Assembly (NCBI GenBank): GCA_026770705.1
Contig: JANJGN010000033.1
Location: forward strand, 9,486,001 to 9,550,000
Direction: 5' to 3'
Source of the DNA: Isurus oxyrinchus
Lineage: Eukaryota
DNA length: 64,000 nt
Both the position numbers and the translations under genes were made by a program. Under the pieces are notes generated by a model. It was not told the DNA's origin, did not search any database, and was given only the letters and a program-made list of their open reading frames with translations. This document shows, one piece after another, positions 8,547 through 21,800 of this stretch (position 1 is its first letter; every line of letters begins with the position of its first letter).

Positions 8547-8930
8547 CAACTTGCATTTGTATAGCGCCTCTAACATAGTAAAACCTTACAAGGTCCTTTG
8601 CTGGAGTGACTATCAATCAAGGTTTGACACTGAGCCACATAAGGAGATATCGGGATGGGCGACCAAGAGCTTGGTTCAAGAGTTAGGTTTTACCAAGCGT
8701 CTTAAAGGAGCAAGAGAGAGAGGCGGGGAGGCTTAAGGAGTGAATTCCAGAGCCTGGGGCCTAGGCAGCTGCAGGCCCAGATGCCAACGGTGGAGCGATT
8801 AAAATCAGGGATGCTCAAGCGGTTGGAATTGGGGGTGCGCAGAGATCTCGGAGGGCCGTGGGGCTGGAGGAGATTGGGAGAGGGCAAGGCCACAGAGAGA
8901 TTTGAAAACAAGAGAATGTTAAAATGCAAG
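8547..8930 (-). mobile_element. L2-type LINE 3' end
   Basis: Minus ORF 8702-8929 reads LRTPNSNRLSIPDFNRSTVG..SCLGPRLWNSLLKPPRLS (L2 ORF2 end). The tail is the reverse complement of AGGCGCTATACAAATGCAAGTTG. Confidence 0.8.
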
Positions 8931-8989
8931 CTTGCGATATTGTCATCTGGAGCCTGATTGTGAGGGATCGGTCAGTTCACACTGGGCTC

Positions 8990-9130
8990 TATTATTAATG
9001 GGACGTGGGTGTCTCTGGCTAGGCTACCTTCATTGCCCATCCCTAGTTACCCTTGAGAAGATGGTGGTGAGCTGCTTTCTTGAAGCGCTGCAGTCCACGT
9101 GCTGTTGATACTCGTTACAATGCTGCTGAA
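8990..9130 (-). mobile_element. LINE 3' tip, same family as 11283-11698
   Basis: The reverse complement contains TTCAAGAAAGCAGCTCACCACCATCTTCTCAAGGGTAACTAGGGATGGGCAA, matching 11595-11647. Confidence 0.8.
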
Positions 9131-9345
9131 TAGTTTTGGTTCAAATTTTCTCCAAATCAGAATAGCTCGGGATCGAATTTCATTCAATGATCGTGCCTTG
9201 GGGTGTTTTAACATGTTAATACTCATGTTTACCCTGTTGTCTTATCATATTCTCCTGACTGACTCTCCTGAATTTCTGTTTCACACAATGTGTGACAACC
9301 CCAGCAACTCACAAAGGGGGAACTGTCCAAACTTGTCCATTGTAG

Positions 9346-10262
9346 GAATGAAGGAGGCGAGGGAGGGAGGGAGGGTGTGAGACTGAGTGAAGGAGGCGGG
9401 AAGATTGAAGGAGAGAGAGGAGACTGAGGGAGGGAGGGAAGACAGAGGTAGGGATGAAAAGAATGAAGGCTGAAAGAGAGGGGGTAAGACTGAGGGAGGT
9501 CAGGAAGCTTGGTTTGGGGGGAAGAGGGTGAAGGCTGAGGGGAGGAGGAAGGTCGGGAGACTGAGGGGGGGGGAATGTGAGGCTGTGCGAGGGAGAAAGG
9601 GAAGGAGAGAGGGAAGACTGAGGAGGCGAGGGTGCAACAGCGAAGGGAGAGAGGGAGGGAAAAGGATAGAAAAGAGAGAAGGAAGATTGAGGGTAAGGGG
9701 GTAAGACTGATTGAGGGAGGGAAGATTGAGGGAGAGAGGGATGACTGAGGGAGGCCAGGACACTGAAGGAGGGAAGGAAACAGTGAAGGCTGAGGGAAAG
9801 AGAGAGGAAGGAGGACGGGATGGAGATAAGGAAGACAGGGAGAGAGGGAAGACAGGGGAAAGGAGGGAGAGAGGGGAAACTGAGGGAAGGAGAGAGAGGG
9901 AAGACTGAGGGGAGGGAACATGAGACTGAAGTAGGAAGAAAGGGAGGGAGAGAGGGAAAAGCTGAGGGAGGTCAGGAGGCTGAGGTGGAGAATGTGAGGC
10001 CGAGGGAGGCAGAAAAGGAGAGAGGGGGAGGCTGAGGGAGGGAGAGAGAGCAAAAACTAAACGAGAGAGGGAGGGAAAAGGATAGAAAGGAGAGAGGGCA
10101 GATAGAGGAATGGAAGAAAGGAGGGGGATGACTGATTGAGGGAGGGAAGGAAGATTGAGGGAGAGGGGAAGACTGAGGGAGGCCAGGAGACTGAAGGAGG
10201 GAGGAGAGAGCGAAGGCTGAGGGAAGGAGGGAGGAAGGGGAAACTGTGGGAGGGAGGGAGGG
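9346..10262. repeat. Purine-rich (GA) low-complexity tract with a recurring GACTGAGGG core
   Basis: The + strand is almost only G and A. An internal duplication has offset ~416 (AAAAGGATAGAA at 9660 and 10076). Confidence 0.85.
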
Positions 10263-10919
10263 ACAAGCTCCACAGTTTGGAGAATGAGTGGATGGTGCAA
10301 CCACTCGGCATTTCGACACATTGAGGCAGCAGGGCTGAGGTGATGGAACCTCCGGTCACTTCACCGAGGGTGTGTTCAGCGTCTAGTTTGGTGCCGCCTC
10401 CTGTGTGGCGTGAATGTCAGTTTGCGGGTCCGGTTGCAAACGGTGCAGTTGAGGCCACTGTTGGGGGGGTGGGGGGAAGGTGGGGGGGGAAGGTGGGGGG
10501 GGGGGTGAGGGTGTGCCCACCTGTCCCATCGGGAGCCTGACTCCGTTCTCCTCAATCCTTTGAAGCTGTTGGAGGACAGGAGCCCCTCCATTTGGATAGG
10601 TCAAGGGTCGACGGTAGTAGAGGCCCAGTTCACAGGCCCGGAACCTGGCTCTCCGGGTGTCTTGGGACCTGAGTTTGGGGGTGTCGCCTTGCTGGGGTGG
10701 GGGGGGTGGGGGGGGGGGTTCCCGTGCCCATCTTGGCGTGGGATGCCACCTCTGGAAGTGTCCGGCCCAGCAGGAACTTGGGCGTCGGGGCGTTTGATTG
10801 ACGGGGTTAGCGAACGAGACAAGATGGAAATAGAAAAGAGGCGTCAGATATTGGAGCTCACCAGTGACAATGGGCAGATTGCGAAAGACTGAACTGCATT
10901 CAACTCCTGATATTGCGGG

Positions 10920-11190
10920 TGCATTGTAATGTGGAGAATGTGCCAGCTAATCTGGGCACAGCAAGCTCCCACAATCAGTAAAAGTGATAAGTAAAGAGAT
11001 ATTCTGTTTTCGACGATATTTATCTTTGCACGTAATGTAGGCTGAGTTAGGCCACAGCGCTCAGGGACGACCCACCACACCGCTTCCCCCCCACCCCCTC
11101 TGCTCTTCTCCCGTTGGGATCTTTTACATCCGCCTGAGACTGGGAAGGCTGGGCCCTCGGTTAATTGTTGAGTCCGACAGTCCCGAGAAC
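10920..11190 (-). mobile_element. Deu-domain-type SINE fragment
   Basis: GCACAGCAAGCTCCCAC is the reverse complement of the core at ~7375-7390. TGGGATCTTTTACATCCGCCTGAGA...CCTCGGTTAA...TCCGACAGT ends in the same TCCGACAGT seen in the 33-mer. Confidence 0.7.
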
Positions 11191-11282
11191 TCTCACTGAC
11201 CATAGCAAACATCAGGCGAGATTCCAGCAGGAACCACAGACCCCAGGAGGTAAAAGCAGAGTGAAAAGCAGGAGGCAGCACA

Positions 11283-11698
11283 TCCACAAACATTCACTCC
11301 CTCCACCACTGATGCACAGTAGCAGCAGTGTGTGTACCATCGACAAGATGCACTGTAGCAACTCACCAAGGCTCCTTTGACAGCACCTTCCAAATCCACG
11401 ACCTCTACCATCTAGAAGGATAAGGGCAGCAGACACATGGGAACACCACCACCTGGAAGTTCCCCTCCAAGCCACTCACCATCCTGACTTGGAAATATAT
11501 CGGCCGTTCCTTCACTGTCGCTGCGTCAAAATCCTGGAGCTCTCCCTCCCTAACAGCGCTGTGGGTGTACCTACACCACAGGGACAGCAGCGGCTCAAGA
11601 AGGCAGCTCACCACCACCTTCTCAAGGGGCAATTAGGGATGGGCAATAAATGCTGGGCCAGCCAGCGACACCCACATACCATGAACGAATTAAAAAAA
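11283..11698 (+). mobile_element. 5'-truncated LINE (CR1/L2 group), ORF2 end plus 3' tail
   Basis: Frameshifted IHSLHH..AVCTI.KMHCSNSPRLL...SLPNSAVGVPTPQ...KKAAHHHLLKG, ending GGGCAATTAGGGATGGGCAATAAATGC...GAACGAATTAAAAAAA. Confidence 0.85.
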
Positions 11699-11940
11699 GG
11701 CCAGATTGAAGGGCATAGTGGATCACGGGAAGGTGCCCACTTCTCAGTTGCCTCCATCAAGCCAGGTCTCAAGATCATGGAGGCCTTCCATTCATCACTC
11801 TGCTAAGGCTGCTCCTCTGATCCACTTTCGGATCTTGGACTGGAATTCAGTCTAGGACCTTGACTACGCCCCATAACCATCGCTTTCAGCAAGGCAGGGC
11901 CTTTGTTTGACCACCCACCACTCCGCCAGAGAATCTGAGA

Positions 11941-12505
11941 AATTTACAGCATGTAATGAGGCCCTTCGGCCCATTGCGTCGGCTCCTAGGCATCCACCCT
12001 AAATCCACCTCTGTCTCTTGGGCCATAGCCCTGTAGATTTTGACCTTTCAAGAAGTACTTCTTTTAAGTGTTAAGAGGGTTTCAGCCTCTACCACACCTT
12101 CAGTCAGTGAGTTCCAGGTCCCTCACCACCCTCTGGGTGAAAACATTTCTCATCGAGGCCCTTGTAAACCTCTCACCTCTTACCCTAAATCTATGCCCCC
12201 TGGTTATGGATCCCTCAGCCAAAAGGAATAGGGCCTCCCTATCCACTCTACCTAGACTCATCATCTTAACCACCCCAGTTCAGCCTCCTCTGTTCCAAAA
12301 GAAACAGCCCCAGCCCATATAATCTCTATCGCTGAAATTCTCCAGTCGTTGCCCTGTAAACCTCAGCACTGCGATGTGGCATAACTAGTGTTTTATTCAG
12401 TTCCAGCATCACCTCACAGCTCTTACGTTTTACACCTGGGCTAATAAAGCAAAGTATCCCTTAAAACCTCTTGACCACCTCACCTACCTATCCAACCACC
12501 TTCAG
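11941..12505 (-). mobile_element. Degenerate CR1-type LINE 3' fragment
   Basis: Tail reverse complement GAGGCCCTTCGGCCCAT. GAGTTCCAGGTCCCTCACCACCCTCTGGGTGAAAA read on the minus strand gives FFTQRVVRTWNS-like sequence. Confidence 0.75.
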
Positions 12506-12856
12506 GACTCACTAAGGTCAGGGAGGCATAAGAATTCCTAATGAGGAGTGACTAGACTCATCGGCATGCTGCCCTCTCCCACGATTGGCCCTTCTCAGGG
12601 CAAGGAAAGGGTTTTAAGATCTAGTTGCACCAGAGCCTTGGCCTGGCTGGTGAACTGGAAACTCACAAGGGACAGTTCATTAAATGTGCCCAGAAAAGTG
12701 TGACTCATCAGAGAAGTAGGAGCCCCTCAATCTGAAGTACAGGCACATGTTGGGTTGAATGGCCTGTTTCAGTGCTGTAAATATTGTGTCATAAACATTC
12801 ATGACACAAACCGATTATACTGATTCCACCCAAGCAAAAAGGTTCAACCGAATTCA

Positions 12857-15800
12857 GAGCACTGTGCACAGTTCCAGTCTCCATATCACGCTTGGAGCAC
12901 TGTGCACAGTTCCAGTCTCCATTTCGCGCTTGGAGCACTGTGCACAGCTCCAGTCTCCATATCACGCTTGGAGGAATGTGCACAGTTCCAGTCTCCAAAT
13001 CACGCTTGGAGCACTGTGCACAGTTCCAGTCTCCATATCACGCTTGGAGGAATGTGCACAGTTCCAGTCTCCATATCACACTTGGAGCACTGTGCACAGT
13101 TCCAGTCTCCATAACACGCTTGGAGCACTGTGCACAGTTCCAGTCTCCATAACACTCTTGGAGCACTATGTACAGTTCCAGTCCCCATATCACACTTGGA
13201 GCACTATGCACAATTCCAGTCTCCATATCAGGCTTGGAGCACTGTGCACAGTTCGAGTCTCCATATCACACTTGGAGCACTGTGTATAGTTCCAGTCTCC
13301 ATATCAAACTTGGAGCACTGTGTACAGTTCCAGTCTCCAAATCACACTTGGAGCATTGTGTACAGTCCGGTCTCTATATCACACCTGGAGCACTGTGTAC
13401 AGTTCCAGTCTCCAAATCACACATGGAGCACAGAGCACAGTTCCAGTCTCCATATCAAACTTGGTGCACAGTGCCAAGCTCCAGTCTCCATATCATGCTT
13501 TGTGCATTGTGTACAGTTCCAACCTCAATATCACTCTTGGAGCACTGTGCACAGTTCTAGTCTCCATATCACACTTGGAGCACTGTGCACAGTTCCAGTC
13601 TCCATTTCTCGCTTGGCGCACTGTGTACAGTCCCGGTCTCCATATCACACTTGGAGCACTGTGGACAGTTCCAGTCTCCATATCACGCTTGGAGCACTAG
13701 GCACAGTTCCTGTCTCCATATCACACTTGGAGCATTGTGCACAGTTCCGGTTTCCATATCACACTTGGAGCACTGAGCTCAGTTCTGGTCTCCATGTCAC
13801 ACTTGTAGCATTGTGCACAGTTCCGGTCTCCATATCACACTTGGAGCACTGTGCACAATTCTGGTCTTTTATCACATTTGGAGCACTGTGTACAGTTCTG
13901 GTCTCCAAATCACACTTGGAGCATTGTGTACAGTCCGGTCTCCATATCACACTTGGAGGAATATGTACAGTTCAGGTCTCCAAATCACAATTGGAGCACT
14001 GCGCACAGTTCCGGTCTCCATTTCCCACTTGGAGCACTGTGCACAGTTCTGGTCTCCAAATCACACTTGGAGAATTGTGTACAGTCCGGTCTCCATATCA
14101 CACTTGGAGGAATGTGCACAGTTCTGGTCTCCATATCACACTTGGAGCTCTGTGTACAGTCCGGTCTCCAAATCACACTTGGAGCACTGTGCACAGTTCC
14201 AGTCTCTATATCACACTTGGAGCACGCTGCACAGTTCGAGTCCCTATATCACACTTGGAGCACTGTGCACAGTTCCAGTCTCCATTTCTTGCTTGGAGGA
14301 CTGTGTATATTTCCGGTCTCCATATCACACTTGGGGCACTGTGGACAGTTCCAGTCTGCAAATCACACTTAAAGCACTGTGCACAGTTCCAGTCTCCATA
14401 TCACGCTTGGAGAACTGTGCTCAGTTCCTGTCTCCATATCACACTTGGAGCACTGTGCACAGTTCCTGTCTCCATATCACACTTGGAGCACTGTGCACAG
14501 TTCCAGTCTCCAAATCACACTTGGAGCACTGTGCACAGTTCCGGTCTCCATGTCACACTTGGAGCATTGTGCACAGTTCCAGTCCCCAAATCACACTTGG
14601 AGCACTGTACACAGTTCCAGTCTCCAAATCACACTTGGAGCACTGTGTATAGTTCCAGTCTCCAAATCACACTTGGAGCACTGTGTATAGTTCCAGTCTC
14701 CATATCATATTTGGAGCACTGTGTACAATTCCAGTCTCCACATCACACTTGGACTACTGTGCACAGTTCCAGTCTCCACATCACACTTGGAACCCTGTAC
14801 ACAGTTCCAGTCTCCAAATCACACTTGGAGCACTGTGCACAGCTCCAGTCTCCATATCACGCTTGGTGCACCATGTACAGCTTTAGTCTCCATATCACAC
14901 CTGGAGTAGTGTCCACAGTTCCAGCCTCCATATCACACTTGGAGCACTGTGCTCAGTTCTGGTCTCCACTTCTCACTTGGAGCACTGTGCACAGTTCCGG
15001 TCTCCATATCACACTTGGAGCACTGTGTAAATTTCCGGTTTCCATGTCATACTTGGAGCACTGTGCACTGTTCCAGTCTCCATATCACGCTTGGAGCTCT
15101 ACGCACAGTTCCAGTCTCCATATCACACTTAGAGCACTGTGTACAGTTGCGGTCTCCAAATTTCACATGGAGCACAGAGCACAGTTCCAGTTCTCTATAT
15201 CACACTTGGATCACAGTGCACAGTTCCGGTCTCCATACCATACTTGGAGCACCGTGTACAGTTCTTGTCTCCATATCATACTTGGAGCACCGTGTACAGT
15301 TCCAGTCTCCAAATCACACTTGGAGCACTGCGCACAGTTCCAGTCTCCACATCACACTTGGAGCACTGTACACAGTTCCAGTCTCCATATCACGCTTGGA
15401 GCACTGTGCACAGCTCCAGTCTCCATATCACGCTCGGAGCACTGTGCACAGTTCCAGTCTCCATATCACGCTTGGTGCACTGTGTACAGTTCCAGTCTCC
15501 ATATCACACTTGCAGTAGTGTCCCCAGTTCCAGCCTCCATGTCACATTTGGAGAACTGTGCACATTTCTGGTCGCCACTTCTGACTTGGAGCACTGTGCA
15601 CAGTTCCAGTCTCCAAATCACACTTGGAGCACTGTGCACAGTTCCAGTCTCCATATCACACTTGGAGCACTGTGTACAGTTCCAGTCTCCAAATCACTTG
15701 GAGCACTGTGCACAGTTCCAGTCTCCATATCACACTTGGAGCATTGTGTACAGTTCCAGTCTCCATATCACACTTGGAGCACTGTGCTCAGTTCCAGTTG

Positions 15801-18800
15801 CAAAATCACACTTGGAGCACTGTGCACAATTCCGGTCTCCATTTATCACTTGGAGCACTGTGCACATTTCTGGTCTCCAAATCACACTTGGAGCACTGTG
15901 CACAGTTCTGGTCTCCAAATCACACTTGGAGCACTGTGCACAGTTCTGGTCTCCATTTCTCACTTGCAGGAATGTGCACAGTTCTGGTCTCCATATCATG
16001 GTTGGAGCACTGTGCAAAGCTCCAGTCTCCATATCACGCTTGGTGCATTGTATACAGTTCCAGCCTCCATATCACACTTGGAGCACTGTGCACAGTTCCG
16101 GTCTCCACATCACACTTGGAGAACTGTGCACAGTTCCAGACTCCATTTCTCGCTTGGAGCACTGTGTACAGTTCCTGTCTCCATATCACACTTGGAGCAC
16201 TGTGCACCGTTCCAGTCTCCATATCACATTTGGCGCATTGTGCACAGTTCCGGTCTCCATATCACACTTGGAGCACTGTGCACAGTTCCGGTCTCCATAT
16301 CACACTTGGAGCACTGTGCACAATTCCAGTCTCCATATCATATTTGGAGCACTCTGTACAGTTCCAGTCTCCAAATCACACTTGGAGCATTGTGCACAGT
16401 TCCAGTCTCCATGTCACACTTGGAGCACTGTGTAAAGTTCCAGTCTCCAAATCATACAAGGAGCACAGTGCACAGTTTCAGTCTCTATATCACACTTAGA
16501 ACCCTGTACGCATTTGCAGTCTCCATTTCACGCTTGGAACACTGTGCACAGCTCCAGTCTCCATATCACGCTTGGTGCACTGTGTACAGTTCTAGTCTCC
16601 ATATCACACCTGGAGTAGTTTCCACGGTTCCGGGCTCCATATCACACTTGGAGCACTGTTTACAGTTCCAGTCTCCATATCACACTTGGAGCACTGTGTA
16701 CAGTTCCAATCTCCAAATCACACAAAGAGCACAGTGCATGTTTCCAGTCTCCATATCACACTTGGAGCACTGTGTACAGTTCTGGTCTCCAAATTTCACA
16801 TGGAGCACAGAGCACAGTTCCAGTTCTCTATATCACACTTGGATCACAGCGCACAGTTCCGGTCTCCATATCATACTTGGAGCACTGTGTACAGTTCTTG
16901 TCTCGATATCATACTTGGAGCACCGTGTACAGTTCCAGTCTCCAAATCACACTTGGAACACTGCGCACAGTTCCAGTCTCCACATCACACTTGGAACACT
17001 GTGTACAGTTCCAGTCTCCAAATCACAGTTGGAGAACTGTGCACAGTTTGAGTCTCTATATGACACTTGGAGCACTGTGCACAGTTCGAGTCTCTATATC
17101 ACACGTGGAGCACTGTGCACAATTCAAGTCTCTATATCACACTTGCAGCACTGTCTACAGTTCCAGTCTCCACATCACACTTGGACCATTTTGCACAGTT
17201 CCAGTCTATGTTTCTCGCTTGGAGCAGTGTGTATAGTTCCAGTCTCCATATCACACTTGGAGCGCTGTGTACAGTTCCAGTCTCCAAATCACACTTGGAG
17301 TAATGTGCACAGTTCCGGTCTCCATTTCTCGCTTGGAGGAATGTGCACAGATCTGGTCCCCAAATCACACTTGGAGAACTGTGTACAGTTCCAGTCTCCA
17401 AATCACACATGGAGCACAGAGCACAATTCCAGTCTCCATATCACACTTGGAGCACTGTACACAGTTCCAGTCTCCATATCACACATGGAGCACGGTGCGC
17501 AGTTCAAGTCTCCAAATCACACTTGGGGCATTGTGTACAGTCCAGTCTCCATATCACACTTGGAGCACTATGCCCTGTTCCAGTCTCCCTATCACACTTG
17601 GTGCACTGTGCACTGTTCCGGTCTCCATATCACACTTGGAGCATTGTGCACAGTTCCAGTCTATGTTTCTCACTTGGAGCACTGTGTACAGTTCCTTTCT
17701 CCATTTCTCACTTGGAGCACTGTGCATAGTTTCAGTCTCCATATCACACTTGGAGCGCTGTGTACAGTTCCAGTCTCCATATCACACTTGGAGCACTGTC
17801 TACAGTTCCAGTCTCCAAATCACACTTGGAGCACTGTGCACAGTTCGGGTCTCCGTTTCTCACTTGGAGGAATGTGCACAGATCTGGTCTCCAAATCACA
17901 CTTGCAGAACTGTGCACAGTGGTGGTTTCCATATTACACTTGGAGCACTGTGTACAGTTCCAGTTTCCATATCACACTTGGTGCACTGTGCACAGTTCCA
18001 ATCTCCATATCCCACTTGGAGCACTGTGCAGAGATCCAGTCTCCATATCATGCTTGGTGCACTGTGTTCAGTTCCAGTCTCCATATCACACTTGGCGTAG
18101 TGTCCACTGTTCCAGTCTCCATATCACACTTGGAGCATTGTGCACAGTTCCGGTCTCCAAATCACACTTGGAGCACTGTGCACTGTTCCAGTCTCCACAT
18201 CACACTTGGAGCATTGTGCACAGTTCCGGTCTCCAAATCACACTAGGAGCACTGTGTACAGTACCAGTCTCCAAATCACACTTGGAGCACTGTGTACAGT
18301 TCCAGTCTCCAAATCACACTTGGAGCACTGTGCACAGTTCCGGTCTCCATTTCTCACTTGGAGCAATGTGCACAGTTCTGGTCACCAAATCACACTTGGA
18401 GCACTGTGTACAGTTCCAGTCTCCAAATCACAGTTGGAGCACTGTGCAGAGTTCCAGTCTCCATTTCGCGATTGGAGCACTGTGTACAGATCCGGTCTCC
18501 ATTTCTCGCCTGGAGCACTGTGTACAGTTCCAGTCTCCTTATCACGCTTGTAGCACTGTGCACAGCTCCAGTCTCCATATCACGCTTGGTGCACTGTGTA
18601 CAGTTCCGGTCTCCATATCACACATGGAGTAGTGTCCACAATTCCAGACTCCATATCAAGCTTGGAGAACTATGCACAGTTCCAGTCTGCATATCACACT
18701 TGGAGCACAGTGCACAGTTCCGATCTCCATTTCAGATTTAGATAACTGTGTACAGTTCCAGTCTCCAAATCACACTTGGAGCACTATGTAGAGATCCAGT

Positions 18801-21800
18801 CTCCATATTACACGTAGAGCGCTGTGCACAGTTCCAGTCTCCATATCACGCTTGGAGCACTGTGCACAGCTCCAGTCTCCATATCATGCTTGGAGCACTG
18901 TGAACAGTTCCAGTCTCCAAATCACACATGGAGTAGTGTCCACAATTCCAGTCTCCATATCACACTTGGAGCACTGTGTACAGTTCCGGTCTCCATATTA
19001 CACTTGGAGTCCTGTGTACAGTTCCTGTCTCCATATTACACTTGGAGCACTGTGTACAGTTCCTGTCTCCAAATCACACTTGGAGCACTGTGCACAGTTC
19101 CAGTCTCTATATCACACTTGGAGCACGGTGCACAGTTCCAGTCTCCAAATCACACTTGGAGCACTGTGTACACTTCCAGTCTCCAGATCATACTTGCAGC
19201 ACTGTGTACAGTTTCAGTCTCCATATCATGCTTGGAGAACTATGCACAGTTCCAGTCTCCATATCACACTCGGAGCACTGTGCACAGTTCCAATCTCCAA
19301 TTTACACTTGGAGCATTGTGTACATTTCCAGTACCCATATCACACTTGGAGCACTGTGAACAGTTCCTGTCTCCATATCACACTTGGAGTATTGTGCACA
19401 GTTCCGGTCTCCAAATCACACTTGGAGCACTGTGCACTGTTCCGGTCTCCATTTCTCACTTGGAGGAATGTGCACAGTTCTGGTCTCCAAATCACACTAG
19501 GAGCACTGTGTACAATCCGAGTCTCCAAATCACACTTGGAGCACTGTGTACGGTTCCAGTCTCCAAATCACACTTGGAGCACTGTGCACAGTTCCGGTCT
19601 CCCTTTCTCACTTGCAGCACTGTACACAGTTCTGGTCACCAAATCACACTTGGTGCACTATGTACAGTTCCAGTCTCCAAATCACAGTTGGAGAACTGTG
19701 CACAGTTCCAGTCTCCATATCACGCTTGGAGCACTCTGCACAGCTCCAGTCTCCATATCACGCTTGGTGCACTGTGTACATTTCCAGTCTCCATATCACA
19801 CTTGGAGTAGTGTCCACAGTTCCAGCCTCCCATATCACACTTGGAGCACTGTGCACAGTTCTGGTCTCCACTTCTCACTTGGAGCACTGTGCACAGTTCT
19901 GGTCTCCAAATCACACTTGGAGCACTGCGTACAGTTCCAGTCTCCATATCACACTTGGAGCACTGCGTACAGTTCCAGTCTCTATATCACACTTGTAGCA
20001 TTGTGCACAGTTCCGGTCTCTATGTCATACTTGGAGAACTGTGTACAGTTCCATTCTCCATATCACGCTTGGAGCACTATGCACAGTTCCAGTCTCCATA
20101 TCACACTTGCAGCACTGTGTATATTTCCAGTCTCCAAATCACACATAGAGCACAGAGCACAGTTCCAATCTCCATATCACACTTGGAGCACAGTGCACAG
20201 TACCGGTCTCCAAATCACTCTTGGAGAACTGTGTATAAATCCAGTCTCCATATCATGCTTGGTGCACTGTGTACAGTTCCAGTCTCCATATTACACTTGG
20301 AGTAGTGTACACTGTTCCAGTCTCCATATCACACTTGGAGCACGCTGCACAGTTCGAGTCTCTATATCACACTTGGAGCACTGTGCACAGTTCCAGTCTC
20401 CAAATCACACTTGGAGCTCTTTGCACAGTTCCAGTCTCCACATCACACTTGGAGCACTGTAGCCAGTTCCAGTCTCCATATCACGCTTGGAGCACTGTGC
20501 ACAGCTCCAGTCTCCATATCACACTTGGAGCACTGTGCACAGATCCAGTCTCCATATCACACTTGGAGCACTGTGCACAGATCCAGTCTCCATATCACAC
20601 TTGGAGCACTGTGTACAGTTCCAGTCTCCATTTTAATCTTAGAGGAATGTGCACAGTTCTGCACTCCAAATCACACTTGGAGCACTGTGTACAGTTCCAG
20701 TCTCCATATCAAACTTGGAGTAGTGTCCACTGTTCCAGTCTCCATATCACACTTGGAGCGCTGTGTCCAGTTCCAGTCTCCATATTATACTTGGAGCATT
20801 GTGTACAGTTCCAGTCTCCATATCACACTTGGAGTAATGTGCACAGTTCCGGTCTCCATTTCTCGCTTGGAGGAATGTGCACAAATCTGGTCCCCAAATC
20901 ACACTTGGAGCACTGTGCACAGTTGTGGTCTCAATATTACACTTGGAGCACTGTGTACAGTTCCAGTCTCCATATCATGCTGGAGCACTATGCACAGTTC
21001 CAGTCTCCATATCACACTTGGAGCACTGTGTATAATTCCAGTCACAAATCACACATGGAGCACAGAGCACAGTTCCAGTCTCCATATCACACTTGGAGCA
21101 CAGTGCACAGTTCCGGTCTCCATTTCATATTTGGAGCACTGTGTACAGTTCCAGTCTCCATATCACACTTGGAGCACGGTGCGCAGTTCCAGTCTCCAAA
21201 TCACACTTGGGGCATTGTGTACAGTCCAGTCTCCATATCACACTTGGAGCACTATGCTCTGTTCCAGTCTCCATATCACACTTGGAGCACTGTGCACTGT
21301 TCCGGTCTCCATATCACACTTGGAGCGTTGTGCACAGTTCCAGTCTATGTTTCTCACTTGGAGCACTGTGTACAGTTCCTTTCTCCATTTCTCGCTTGGA
21401 GCACTGAGTATAGTTCTGGTCTCCATATCACACATGGAGCGCTGTGTACAGTTCCAGTCTCCATATCACACTTGGAGCACTGTCTACAGTTCCAGTCTCC
21501 AAATCACACTTGGGGCACTGTGCACAGATCCGGTCTCCATTTCTTACTTGGAGGAATGTGCACAGATCTGGTCTCCAAATCACACTTGGAGAACTGTGCA
21601 CAGTGGTGGTTTCCGTATTACACTTGGAGCACTGTGTACAGTTCCAGTTTCCATGTCACACTTGGTGCACTGTGCACAGTTGCAGTCTCCATATCACACT
21701 TGGAGCACTGTACTCAGTTCCAATCTCCATATCACACTTGGAGCACTGTGCAGAGATCCAGTCTCCATATCATGCTTGGTGCACTGTGTACAGTTCCAGT

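Noticed and set aside
9229-10359. Pro/Ser/Leu-rich minus ORFs and Arg/Glu/Gly-rich plus ORFs
   Set aside because: Translations of the polypurine low-complexity tract.
12860-12897. Origin of the satellite from an amplified RAG signal-joint circle or Transib/ProtoRAG terminal repeat
   Set aside because: No nonamer, a 38-bp unit cannot hold two RSSs (at least 67 bp), and the CR1 ORF2 match explains the whole monomer.
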